Assembly (NCBI GenBank): GCA_002269645.1
Contig: NIVC01003162.1
Span: 17,068-81,067 of the forward strand
DNA length: 64,000 nucleotides
Origin: Macrostomum lignano
Taxonomy: Eukaryota
Direction: 5' to 3'
Shown: positions 1 to 29,899 of the stretch, one piece after another
Numbering within the stretch: position 1 is the stretch's first letter
Layout: each line of letters begins with the position of its first letter
Notes under the pieces: generated by a model
Databases searched by the model: none
What the model saw: only the letters and a program-made list of their open reading frames with translations
What the model was told of the DNA's origin: nothing
Made by a program: the position numbers and the translations under genes

Positions 1-525
1 TGATATGCAGAAAACCAGAGCTTAAAGCGTTCCCCATTCTTCAGTAACTCCTAAACGTGCATGCCCTGAATCATTCTCATGTGACTAACGTCAAGTTTTA
101 GTACGTTTCATAAATGGCCGTATACTAGAGGGTCATGAAAAAGCACAATCAAAACATATTAAACTCAAAATAACGCATGCAAGAAAGTTTCCGATCACAT
201 GAAACCCCCATTAATCCCATAGAGATCCCCAAATGCTAAAGTGGTCGGGTTTTCGGGATTACTGGAGCTATTTGGCTCCATTGGCGTAGAGAAATCGGGA
301 CCCAATGATTCAGGCTCCATTTTGACTCTTAGGTTCACATACCCTTTCGTATTAGTCCGGCTGTGGACGCAACGGCATTCGGCATCATCCCACAACGACC
401 CTTGACTCTCTAATCGCCAGGCGTGTACATTCTCTGTTCTTTGGGGGTTGGCCTTCATGGCTGTGATCCGCACGACAGCCACCCCCCGGCCAATTTTCGC
501 ACACAAGCCCCAAATTGAAACATTA

Positions 526-942
526 ACACACCCCACTCCGCATACATCCCACTCCTCACACACCCCACTCCGCATACATCCTACTCCGCACACACCCCAC
601 TCCGTACACACCCCACTCCGCACACACCCCACTCCGCATACACCCCACTCCGCACACACCCCACTCCGCATACACCCCACTCCGCATACACCCCACTCCG
701 CATACATCCCACTCCGCACACACCCCACTCCGCATACACCCCACTCCGCACACACCCCACTCCGCATACACCCCACTCCGCATACATCCCACTCCGCACA
801 CACCCCACTCCGCATGCATCCTACTCCGCACACACCCACTCCGCATACACCTCACTCCGCATACACCGCACTCCGCATACACCCCACTCCGCATACACCC
901 CACTCCGCACACACCCCACTCCGCATACACCCCACTCCGCAC
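526..942. repeat. ~19-bp minisatellite (cacaccccactccgcatac), 3' of the last resolved ADAM exon
   Basis: Visible tandem array; generates the spurious GVCGVGCMRS/HPTPHT ORFs. Confidence 0.95.
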
Positions 943-1000
943 AAACCCCGGTAGCGTTTTCCTCTGAGCCGCTCTGCTGCCTTCCCCTACCCTCTCTCAC

Positions 1001-6369
<5,369 letters not shown>

Positions 6370-7737
6370 AACTTCTGCAGAGAAAACACGCCCTAAGCAG
6401 GAAGCTCAGAAAAGCAAACACTGTTATTGAGAGAGCTGCATCAGTAGCTTTCTACTGTTTACGGGTCTTTTGTGTCCGACCGTGCGCACACCGACCATCT
6501 GTGCACTCTTGGCCCCGCAGCTGCCTTCTCGATGTCTATTCATTTTTTTGTTCAAGTGAGCGTGCTTGTGAGCTTTAGCCTGTGGAACGCAGAATACAGA
6601 GGTTTGTGTGTTTATTTTATTTTTTTAGCGCTTGCCCGGCCATAACCCACTTGCAGAAATTCTTACTGGTGCAACGCATGACTGCACGAGCTTCATTTAC
6701 AGTAGTTAGGGCACACTCTAAGTGCTCTACTTGTAGATTTAAAGCAAAATTATTAATTGCCTCGTAGGCACCCTGCTTTCTGGCTAAAAAGGCTAAATTA
6801 CAAGCTTAGTTGATTAGGCTTTTAGTTAGATTAAATGTTGACTCATCTCACGTGGGTTTAATATGTTAACCCATATATGTAAACAAACTTGCACTTAAAA
6901 TTAAGGAATTCTGTTCAGTTATAAACTATCAATATCAAATGACTCGCCTACCGAAGTATGACATTTAAAGGACGCTTCTGGTAAGCTTGACGAGAGCGAA
7001 AACGTATCCTTACATACACTAAACTAGAAGCGAAATAGCGAAATGTTTTTGCAGGAACTCACCTTTTTGGCACGACTAATTGCAAAGTAGGCAAAAATTG
7101 TAGCCAGAACTGGCACAGCTACTTAGAGTAAGAGTAATATGAGAGAAATATCCTACCTATTTTTTCATATTTTACCCTCCTCACTCTGCTACCTCTATAG
7201 AACTCAACTAGCAATCTGCAACAAAGATAGAAAAGATTTTTTAAAAACTGTATGCAATGTGCATTTAACCCATTGTACGAGTGCAGTCACTATTGTAAAC
7301 TTTTTTTACAGAAAATGATGTTTAAAGCGAAAAAGCAACCACCCTGAAAGCCAGCTATCTATAGTCTTATGATATCAGCATCCCCGATGAGCCTTGACAT
7401 CTCAACAATTTCCCACATGAGTCTTTTATGGCTGACAGTACAATCAACCATGAAACCAGACCTAGCCAGCTGCATCCATCAGTCTCGCATGCAATAGCGG
7501 TTTTGAAGCCAATTAAAAGCAAAATGCGGATTCCACGCCTTCCGAATCATCAAGCAACCTAAATTTAGCTTTCTTCCATTCCACTTGTAAGCAGCCTCCC
7601 TAAGACTCCAAAAAAGTCTTCATCTACTTGCTGGTGTACAAAGAATTCATTATTTTTAAGACACCGACTCCAGATTTCCAGATATGGCCATGTTCAACTA
7701 ATCCTAATCCTGTCGCATTTAAACTGAAGACTTTCAG

Positions 7738-8343
7738 GAACTCACAAAACTTCTTATTGCGAGCACTCACGAGAGATCTGCGCCTATGGCGGCTTCCGAT
7801 ACTTTGGAGTGCAGCATTACAGAGCCTGCCACAGCGACTCCAGCTACGGCTCCTGGGGTCCGGCGCCAGAGTCCGAGTGCAACCAGCACTGCCTTGGGAA
7901 TCCAGCGCAGGTGTGCGGCGGCGGTTGGCGAAACTCCATCTACGAGAATGCATACTCGATGGGTGAGTGCAGTGGGAACTGCTACAATTAGTTTCTTCTG
8001 CCCGATTTTGAATTTCTACATCTGGAGTTATTTGATGGTGCAAAATAGTGTCACAGCTGTCAAGGGATTTCAATTTCACCTGCTCCGCTTTCAAGATCTT
8101 AGAAATGTTCAATTTCGCAAGTTCGCCGCCTCTGCCGCTCCAAAGCTGGTCACCACTGCCGGATTCGCCGGCTCCCTGGGCTGGGACGTCAGGATGCAGA
8201 GCCTATCTGACTGCGCCGTCTTCTGCATCCAGTCTGCCAGCTGCTCCTCCTTTCGCTTCAACAGCAGCAGCGGCCTCTGCCGCCTCAGCAGGTTCGCCAC
8301 CGCCTTCGACAACGAGACTGGCGATGTGTGGATCATCGGCTGA
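7738..8343 (+). CDS. WSC-domain + PAN/Apple-domain extracellular protein (5' exon(s) not found)
   Basis: Exon 7738-7962 encodes YCEHSREICAYGGFRYFGVQ...APESECNQHCLGNPAQVCGGGWRNSIY (WSC pattern). Intron gtgagt 7963 to aag 8095. Exon 8096-8343 encodes SLSDCAVFCIQSASCSSFRFNSSSGLCRLS (PAN/Apple pattern) then TGA. Confidence 0.8.
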   Translation, partial: ELTKLLIASTHERSAPMAASDTLECSITEPATATPATAPGVRRQSPSATSTALGIQRRCAAAVGETPSTRMHTRWVSAVGTATISFFCPILNFYIWSYLMVQNSVTAVKGFQFHLLRFQDLRNVQFRKFAASAAPKLVTTAGFAGSLGWDVRMQSLSDCAVFCIQSASCSSFRFNSSSGLCRLSRFATAFDNETGDVWIIG

Positions 8344-8851
8344 CGCTACACTGAATCTGGGGCAGGTTGCCCAGAGTATCGATTTATAAGAAGATTTATA
8401 CAAACTGTAAGGAAAATGTTTGTTCCGCTGAACAATTCTGATCTTGTCGAAATTGGTTCAGTTTTTGACAAGGTCTAAATCAGATTTACTGAAACAAATT
8501 TTCGGAGTTTAACTTACGTTATTATCATTAAGGACGCTTAACAGGTCTGGAAAGTAGTATAGTTTAAGAAATTCTGCGTTTTTCTTGAAGCAGCCACAAA
8601 GGCAGAATTCATTGCCACTTAGGAAATAAACAAAAAATAGTGGACTATATAGATTAGTAGCGCTTTTCGTTTTTTTACTTAAAGATAACATAACGATAAT
8701 TCAAACACATCGATGCTACGAGCTAATGGTTCATACGTTATCTGATGCCCTGTTTCAGATCCCAAAGATGATTAAAGTGTAATGTATAAAAATATCTATT
8801 TTACACAAATGGTAATTGAAGAGGGCTTGTACTACTACAGCTCCGACCTAC

Positions 8852-10180
8852 GCTCGGTAGTTAGTTTCCACAACCTAGAACCCAACGGAGCTGATTCGAC
8901 TGAAAACTGCTCGGTAGTTAGTTTCCACAACCTAGAATCCAACGGAGCTAATTCGACTGAAAACTACTCGGTAGTTAGTTTCCACAACCTAGAATCCAAC
9001 GGAGCTGATTCGACTGAAAACTGCTCGGTAGTTAGTTTCCACAACCTAGAACCCAACGGAGCTGATTCGACTGAAAACTGCTCGGTAGTTAGTTTCCACA
9101 ACCTAGAACCCAACGGAGCTGATTCGACTGAAAACTGCTCGGTAGTTAGTTTCCACAACCTAGAATCCAACGGAGCTAATTCGACTGAAAACTGCTCGGT
9201 AGTTAGTTTCCACAACCTAGAACCCAACGGAGCTAATTCGACTGAAAACTGCTCGGTAGTTAGTTTCCACAACCTAGAATCCAACGGAGCTGATTCGACT
9301 GAAAACTGCTCGGTAGTTAGTTTCCACAACCTAGAACCCAACGGAGCTAATTCGACTGAAAACTACTCGGTAGTTAGTTTCCACAACCTAGAACCCAACG
9401 GAGCTGATTCGACTGAAAACTGCTCGGTAGTTAGTTTCCACAACCTAGAATCCAACGGAGCTGATTCGACTGAAAACTGCTCGGTAGTTAGTTTCCACAA
9501 CCTAGAACCCAACGGAGCTAATTCGACTGAAAACTACTCGGTAGTTAGTTTCCACAACCTAGAACCCAACGGAGCTGATTCGACTGAAAACTGCTCGGTA
9601 GTTAGTTTCCACAACCTAGAACCCAACGGAGCTGATTCGACTGAAAACTGCTCGGTAGTTAGTTTCCACAACCTAGAATCCAACGGAGCTGATTCGACTG
9701 AAAACTGCTCGGTAGTTAGTTTCCACAACCTAGAACCCAACGGAGCTAATTCGACTGAAAACTACTCGGTAGTTAGTTTCCACAACCTAGAACCCAACGG
9801 AGCTGATTCGACTGAAAACTGCTCGGTAGTTAGTTTCCACAACCTAGAATCCAACGGAGCTGATTCGACTGAAAACTACTCGGTAGTTAGTTTCCACAAC
9901 CTAGAACCCAACGGAGCTGATTCGACTGAAAACTGCTCGGTAGTTAGTTTCCACAACCTAGAACCCAACGGAGCTAATTCGACTGAAAACTACTCGGTAG
10001 TTAGTTTCCACAACCTAGAACCCAACGGAGCTGATTCGACTGAAAACTGCTCGGTAGTTAGTTTCCACAACCTAGAATCCAACGGAGCTAATTCGACTGA
10101 AAACTGCTCGGTAGTTAGTTTCCACAACCTAGAATCCAACGGAGCTAATTCGACTGAAAACTGCTCGGTAGTTAGTTTTC
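8852..10180. repeat. 57-bp minisatellite x ~23
   Basis: Unit gctcggtagttagtttccacaacctagaa(c/t)ccaacggagct(g/a)attcgactgaaaact; one frame is stop-free (ORF 8782-10242). Confidence 0.97.
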
Positions 10181-11094
10181 CAAGAACCACTAGAAGTCAC
10201 TGTTGTAACGGTACAACACAACGATACAACGGTTACTTCTAGCGGTCCTTGTGCTTTACTTTCAAGGGTCAGCAATGCAATGCGTTAATAAGCGTCGGGT
10301 TCACCAATTGTCATAATCGGAGGAGGGATCTGTTGAATCGACAGGGAGAGTGGAATGCCTGTCTTCTTGCAGAGCCTAATAGCCCTCTATCAGCGAGCCT
10401 GTATCAGCTCTGACATTGTTTAACTGAAGTCACAGTGACTAATGGCTTCATCATCTCGTAGACTCTGTTAATGTTCAGTTTATTGACACACACAGCTTCT
10501 GCCTAACACCCCACACATTTTTCATCAGCTTTAAAGAGACTGAGAAACGTCCAAAAAGTGCTTGGAAAGCAAATGAAAAATGACTGAAGTTGGCTTAAGT
10601 AACTGTTGAGTCGTCAGCAGTATTTATAAGTTATCAGATCATTTGCTTTTAGTGCCCCGGCACTTTTGTCGTTTCCCAGTCAATTCTAGATGCTTTTTGT
10701 CTCGGAGAAGCATTCAAGAAGACAAAATAGTGCCTTGTTTAATTAAAACAGGGATGTTTAGTGATTGGAATAGCAATTTTAACAAAATTCTATTCAAAAT
10801 AAAGAAGTTTCACTTTTGTTGTAGTGATAGAAGTATTATTTGTGCTGTGGTTATCTATGTGGATGAGAAAGCAGATTTGGTTAAAAGAAACTGGTCATCC
10901 AGCCCTTGAAATATTTCCAAAAAGTCAACTCTTGATTTTTGGGACTGGGAATTGGCTCTTGAACTCTTGATTAAAGGAGTTATTCTCAATGCTGTCAAAT
11001 TCATTCCTTCCTGACTAACAGATTTCACTCGCAGTATCATAGCACGCAGACTTCTAGATTTTGCACTCCTAAAATCTTCAAAAGCCTGAGTCAC

Positions 11095-11360
11095 GCTTCG
11101 GTCTCAAGTGTTAGGAGACTCTCTTGACTCTCGACTCCTGATCCTAGCTTCATAGCACGCACTTCGGTCTCAAGTGTTAGGAGACTCTCTTGACTCTCGA
11201 CTCCTGATCCTACTGGTAGCTTCATAGCACGCACTTCGGTCTCAAGTGTTAGGAGACTCTCTTGACTCTCGACTCCTGATCCTAGCCTCATAGCACGCAC
11301 TTCGGTCTCAAGTGTTCGGAGACTCTCTTGACTCTCGACTCCTAATCCTAGCTTCATAGC
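11095..11360. repeat. ~66-bp tandem repeat x4
   Basis: cttcggtctcaagtgttaggagactctcttgactctcgactcctgatcctagcttcatagcacgca repeated. Confidence 0.9.
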
Positions 11361-11818
11361 ACCGCGGGCTTCTGCCACGGACACAAAAGCATGCACAGAC
11401 AACAAAGATACTCAATGTCAAACATGTCAATGTCATCCTGCATACAAACACTCCGGTTAGCGCTCAGTTTTTATCTGCATCGCTGCTGAATTCAATAATT
11501 CTCCCCCCAGGACTATAGTAATCTATTTCAATTTTCAAAGCTCTAAACTGATGGTAGGAAGAGCCGATTCTCATGTACAGTACAGACCAGGGATGCGTAC
11601 TCTGTCATGATGGGAGAACAATGCGAACAATTCCTTTCCTGAGATGGAAAGGAAAGAGAGATAGACGTGGCATCCACAGCCCAGCCTGGGACTAGTGCTT
11701 CTACTGGTATATATTATTCTGAATAGGAAGGCTCCGGTTCTCACTCTGGCACGTGTGGAACAAGTGTGCTTCATCAACCGGTTCCGATCCAGTCTCAGAT
11801 TTTGTCCCAGCCGCCTCG

Positions 11819-13024
11819 ATGCGTCAATCAGCCCAGTGGAGCACTCTGCGCCATCTGACTATCATTCTCCTCCTTGCTGGCTCTTTACTGTATTGGTGGA
11901 ATAGTTATCCCAGCGAACTATTGACTGCTGGTGACTCTGGTGAGGCATTTGCCCCCAGTAGCAGGCAGGAAAGTCAGGTGCTGCAAAAACACCACAGCAA
12001 GATCGACTTGGACACCAGTGCAGCAGCTGTTGGTCCCGAGCAAAGTCTCAACCAGATTAAGAAGGCAGTTGCTGCAAAAGCGTTGAGCGAGAGCAATCAA
12101 AAAGCAATTAAAACTTTCTCTGCTCATCAAAACTCGACAACGATAAAAGTTGTATTGAATCAATCACAGGAAACTGCTCAGCCAGCTCCAGGAACTGAAG
12201 CCACCCTACAAACGCTTCATACTACAGACAAAAGCTCAATTAATAGCGTCACTAATAACTCATGGATCAACAATCTGTGCCGCAAGGGCGGTGTCAAATC
12301 TGGAGCGGTGTTTCTGGTGATGAGCGCCCTGTCTCGGGAGGCTGAAGCACAACGGGCAGCGATATTGTCCACCTGGGGCGCTGAGCTGCAGCACCAGCGT
12401 CGGCTTGTCTTCTACGCGCCGATTCTTCCATCCGATGCCGCGCAAGAATCGGTTCAGAGCGACCTGCTGACGATTCGGTCTCCGGCCGGAGAAAACCGCA
12501 TCCTCGCCGGCCTCGTCTGGCTGCGTGCCCGCTGTCCGATGGCTCGAGCTATTGTCCTGGCCTGCGATCGGTCCTTCTGGAGCCTGAGTCGACTAAATAC
12601 GTTTTTGAATTCACGCCGGTTCGATGCCACACTCAAGTCTGTTTACGGCTGGTGGCCAAAACCAGCCACTCAGTCACTTTTAGCCGCTCAGCCTGGCTTC
12701 ATTTTTACAGGCCCCGCTGTGGACGCCCTCAAGCTAGCGGCAGCGCAGTTGGTCAAAGATGATGCATCTGCAGGACAAATCCCTGTGACGAAACCGCTCA
12801 CAGAGCTCGCTGGGGTTGGTACCGTCCAGCTGAGCAGCGAGCTGGTGCAGGCGTCTTCGGATCGGCCGTTTCGAATTGCTACCCTGGCTTGCGGCTTCAA
12901 GAACGGTCGGTTAATGTCGGTCAACGGTCTCGGCGCTGGGCGCAAGATGAAGCTGTGGCGCATATTTCATTTTCCGGGACTCAAGTGCTTCAGAGATAGG
13001 CAAAGAAAACACCGGAAGCATTAG
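11819..13024 (+). CDS. Intronless type II membrane GT31 (galactosyltransferase/fringe-like) family protein, divergent
   Basis: 401-aa ORF from ATG 11819. N-terminal anchor LTIILLLAGSLLYWW, Ser/Thr-rich stem, then FLVMSA...QRAAILSTWG...RLVFY...GLVWLRARCPMARAIVLACDRSFWSLSRL, which follows the GT31 motif order. Confidence 0.72.
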   Translation: MRQSAQWSTLRHLTIILLLAGSLLYWWNSYPSELLTAGDSGEAFAPSSRQESQVLQKHHSKIDLDTSAAAVGPEQSLNQIKKAVAAKALSESNQKAIKTFSAHQNSTTIKVVLNQSQETAQPAPGTEATLQTLHTTDKSSINSVTNNSWINNLCRKGGVKSGAVFLVMSALSREAEAQRAAILSTWGAELQHQRRLVFYAPILPSDAAQESVQSDLLTIRSPAGENRILAGLVWLRARCPMARAIVLACDRSFWSLSRLNTFLNSRRFDATLKSVYGWWPKPATQSLLAAQPGFIFTGPAVDALKLAAAQLVKDDASAGQIPVTKPLTELAGVGTVQLSSELVQASSDRPFRIATLACGFKNGRLMSVNGLGAGRKMKLWRIFHFPGLKCFRDRQRKHRKH

Positions 13025-15686
13025 ACGAGAATCATTGAGAACAGTATCTACGTGTGTACCGAAATAATCTCAGCTTGGCTTGTTTTTATTAACTCCAAAA
13101 GCTTGATCAAGAGCGGCCGCCAATTATCGTTGTGCCTTTTTGTTCGCTTGCATCGCTCTGCACCTCTCTGTCCATATACATGTAATCTTCAGTACCTGTA
13201 TATTCTCTGATTATTTGCTAGAAGACATTATGAATCTCATATGCATCTTTAAATTATTTACGATATTCTCTACCTAAAAGCAATTGCTAAAATATGCTAA
13301 TTCATTTTACATTTAATCAATCTTTACAAGCTGCTTATAATAACAAAGTTTTTATCCTTGTTTCCCTCAATGACTATACCTCATAAACGCGATACTCAAC
13401 AAGTCATTCTTGGAGGCCCTCTCTTCATTCGTATTTATCGATCTGTATCAATGACTATGATTGATTGCAGCACATTTAATGATACATGTAGCTAAATATA
13501 GCTTTTAGCAACTGCATCTACGTCTTGCTTGTATCTTGCACTTGTGCTGCACAAGTCCAAAAGAAAAATTCACATATGCTTTATTTTAATAATACCAATA
13601 ATTCATTTAACCTTTGACTTACTTGACTTCATTTAATTATTTCATTAATTCATTTAACCTCATTACCTCATTGTAATTTTAGGTCACTTTAGAGTAACTA
13701 ATTACTCGACTCTGAACTCAATTGAGTTGTACTCTCAAGTTGACCGAAATTAAGGCTGGGAGTCTGTGACCAATGGTCCCAACAACACGAGTGCAGCACG
13801 TTACAACTCTACTCTAAGATCAACCATATGCTAACCCTAACTGTGACATCACTTAGCACCTTTGCTGAAGCAAAGGAATTGCATTTTTCTTACAAAAGTT
13901 GTTAAAGCTTCCTTTCCGAAATTTTTTTCATGCATGATGCATCTATTTTGTTAAAGTTTGCTTTTGATTTGTATACGAGCTCGTGGTTCAAAAATTAAAC
14001 TTTGTTGTTTCAGAGAAACGGAGTAAATACTTATAGCCCATAATTTTTACAGCACTAATGTAATTTTTTACCATAAAAGTTAATAAGATAGAAAGCACCC
14101 ATTTAACATAAAAAAATTAACTAGAGTGGCATTTCACTCGCTCTACCAAAACTTAAGTTTTAATGCCCATAGAAATAGGCCTAGTCAAAAGAAGGAAAAC
14201 ATTTTTCACATAAATTTCAGACGTTCAGGGAAGAAAATGGCAGCTGCAGCGGGGAAAAGGGAAGTTAAGGGCAGGGTTGTGCAAAAGAAGAGACATGACA
14301 AAGCTTGTTTGCTAGCATCATTAAAAATAAAAATATACAAAATCTAATTCATAGGGTAATAGCCAGATTAATTTTTACTATTGAACATTAACAACATGAC
14401 ATAAGTATTTTAAATATAAATTTGCACAATCTATTACTTAATGACCTATTTCATATCAAAACAAAAAGGCAAATTAGACCAAATTATTAAATATTAGGCT
14501 TATTTGATATAGGAAACTTCCTAATCCTAGCATTGTCTTTAATTAGACAGAAACTTTCTCTTTTAGTTTTAAGTAGTCTAATAGGCCTGCATAAAGCATG
14601 TAGCTATATAACTTTTAAAGGTAAAAATAAAATGAAATGAATTTTAGAAAGTTTACATAATATTAATGTTAGTATTAAATAAGATTTAGAGTCCAAATTT
14701 TGTCTTTATTTAAACTAAAAGAAAACAAAAAGTTAGCAGCCTATTTTATCTTCTATGGCCTATGGCCATGGGTCAAAAGTACTATAATGCTATGTTATTT
14801 TGGCAAAAATAAAATATATTGCTAGATGCTATTAAATGCTTTTATAATGTATTATGAATTTATAAGTAGTATAAAAAGTTGTCTATTTTATGCATTTATA
14901 AAATGAGTAAGTGAGTTTTTTTATTAGCTAATTTTAGTCTATATAGCCAAAAATATTACTAGGATTAATTGGAATAAATTATTACAATTATTTGGTTTTG
15001 TCACAACATTTTATATATTAATTCTATTAATATTATAAAAAATATTTTATTAAATTTTATCATAGTTAATAGATTGAATATTTTAGAAGTGCTTAGACTT
15101 ATAGATAAACATTTCTATGGAAATAGTACCTAGTTATCTATAAAGCCTAATGCCCTTGACCATGCTTGTATGTATGCTAGTATATGCTTTTATATATTTC
15201 TTTTGTATTTATCTAAGAGAAGAAATAAAATCTATATTATCTATCTACTGTAACTTTGGTAGGGTTAGTGGTAATGGAGTAAAGTAGAATCCTAGCAATT
15301 AGGATCACTGATGAATTAGACATTTCAATGTTTTTATTGCTAGGGCCTAATATATATTTAATTGAGAACAGAAACAATTATTTACTTTAACATAGATCAA
15401 TCTCTGTTGCTAACTAAAAGTCTTTCATTAAATTGCAACAGCACAAAAAAACCTGTTTAAGCTATCACAGCATGCCGCAGTAAGTCACAGTTGTCAATGA
15501 CAAATTATGGTTTGAAACAGAAACCCAGTCTGAACCATAAAACTCAGTTTAGCACCTTAGCTAATTTGCACTTATTGAATTCATGCTCTTGCTGCACATT
15601 AGTGCAAATGTGTGCACTCTTGGCAAGACCTGGCCCAGTGTGACTCACAACTCTGCATATTTGACACTTAAGTCGCTCAGCCCAAG

Positions 15687-28284
<12,598 letters not shown>

Positions 28285-28409
28285 CGGAATTCCTATTCAG
28301 ATTGTTATGCTAGTGCACCTGTTGGATGGTGATTATTAATTCTCTATTTAAGACAGCTGAGTTGTGTACTGCGGTTTTTTGATGCTATCGTGTCTTTTCG
28401 GCCGATGTA

Positions 28410-29195
28410 GTAGGTTGATAATGTATTAGGTTGCCCGTGTGGTAGGTTGCCTGCCTTTGGTGTAGGGTGCCTTTGTGATAGGTTGCTAGTGTGGTAGGTC
28501 GCCCATGTGATAGGTTGCCCCTGTAATAGGTTGCCCCTGTAATAGGTTGCCCCTGTAATAGGTTGCCCCTGTAATAGGTTGCCCCTGTAGTAGGTTGCCC
28601 CTGTAGTAGGTTGCCCATGTGATAGGTTGCCCCTGTAATAGGTTGCCCCTGTAATAGGTTGCCCCTGTAGTAGGTTGCCCATGTGATAGGTTGCCCCTGT
28701 GATAGGTTGCCCCTGTAATAGGTTGCCCCTGTAGTAGGTTGCCCATGTGATAGGTTGCCCCTGTAATAGGTTGCCCCTGTAGTAGGTTGCCCATGTGATA
28801 GGTTGCCCGTGTGGTGGGTTGCCCGTGTGGTGGGTTGCCCGTGTGGCGGTTTGCCCATGTGGTGGGTTGCCCGTGTGGTGGGTTGCCCATGTGGTGGGAT
28901 GCCCGTGTGGTGGGTTGCCTATGTGGTGGGTTGCCCGTGTGGTGGGTTGCCCATGTGGTGGGATGCCCGTGTGGTGGGTTGCCCGTGTGGTGGGTTGCCT
29001 ATGTGGTGGGTTGCCCATGTGGTGGGTTGCCTATGTGGTGGGTTGCCTATGTGGTGGGTTGCCTATGTGGTGGGTTGCTTATGTGGTGGGTTGCCCATGT
29101 GGTGGGTTGCCTATGTGGTGGGTTGCCCGTGTGATGGGTTGCCCATGTGGTGGGTTGCCCGTCTGATGGGTTGCCTATGTGGTGGGTTGCCCGTG
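28410..29195. repeat. Bipartite 16-bp minisatellite (ataggttgcccctgta, then gtggtgggttgcccat)
   Basis: Two related sub-arrays meeting near 28800. Confidence 0.93.
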
Positions 29196-29899
29196 CGATG
29201 GGTTGATAACCTAGTAGATGGGACTGGGACTGGATGGGCTGCCCACCAAACAGATTCAATCAGATTTTCTTTAGAAATTGATTGCACATTCTGTCATTAT
29301 CATTGAGCACACCTCGTGATTTCTTTCACATGTAAACAATGCTCATATTGCCGTATTGTAATTTGCAGTCTAATTATATTTAGCCTTTTTTCGTGTTTTT
29401 TGTCCTTCTCAGCTTGTTTCGTCTTCTGTTACACTTTGAATATCCCCAATGCGCTACTTGTAAGTAGAGTCTGGTGTTTTTATCGCAGCATATATTGCTG
29501 TTCCATATTTACACGCAAGCAATGTCCTCAATCAGATGGGATTCCTAATTCTATAATTTTATGCACCTTTTTTAGCTTGCCAGCTTTTCTAAGAATAATT
29601 TCACTTGGCACAAACTATTCTGCCCATGTCCGATGTGCACTACTGGGAATCTCTAAGTAGTCCGATGCAAGTTTCATACTTTTTGCACGGTAATAATGAC
29701 ACTGTTTGTATGCTAATTCGGTTAGATCTTCCAGCTGCCTGGTTCTATTCTCAGATTCATTTTATTTTCAATAAAACTTTCCAATTGAATTGGTATGAAT
29801 GGATGCTACTTTCATGTCATTTAGATTTGCGATGCTAATCCTTGTATTGACAATTCTTAGAGACAACTTTGCATTCACGTCTAGAGGTGCTTATTGATT

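Noticed and set aside
195-954. ORFs 195-839, 448-954 and 556-942 as ADAM 3' exons or separate proteins
   Set aside because: Mostly translations of the 19-bp array; no phase-0 exon with the expected Cys-rich/EGF continuation, and part of the region is a dispersed repeat copy.
8852-10180. CRISPR-like array
   Set aside because: Units are contiguous with no unique spacers, there are no cas genes, and the context is eukaryotic.
10855-11405. Overlapping minus-strand ORFs (AMKLGSGVESQESLLTLETEVR repeats) as a gene
   Set aside because: Built on the 66-bp repeat and a degenerate copy of it; no recognisable domain and no consistent splice structure.
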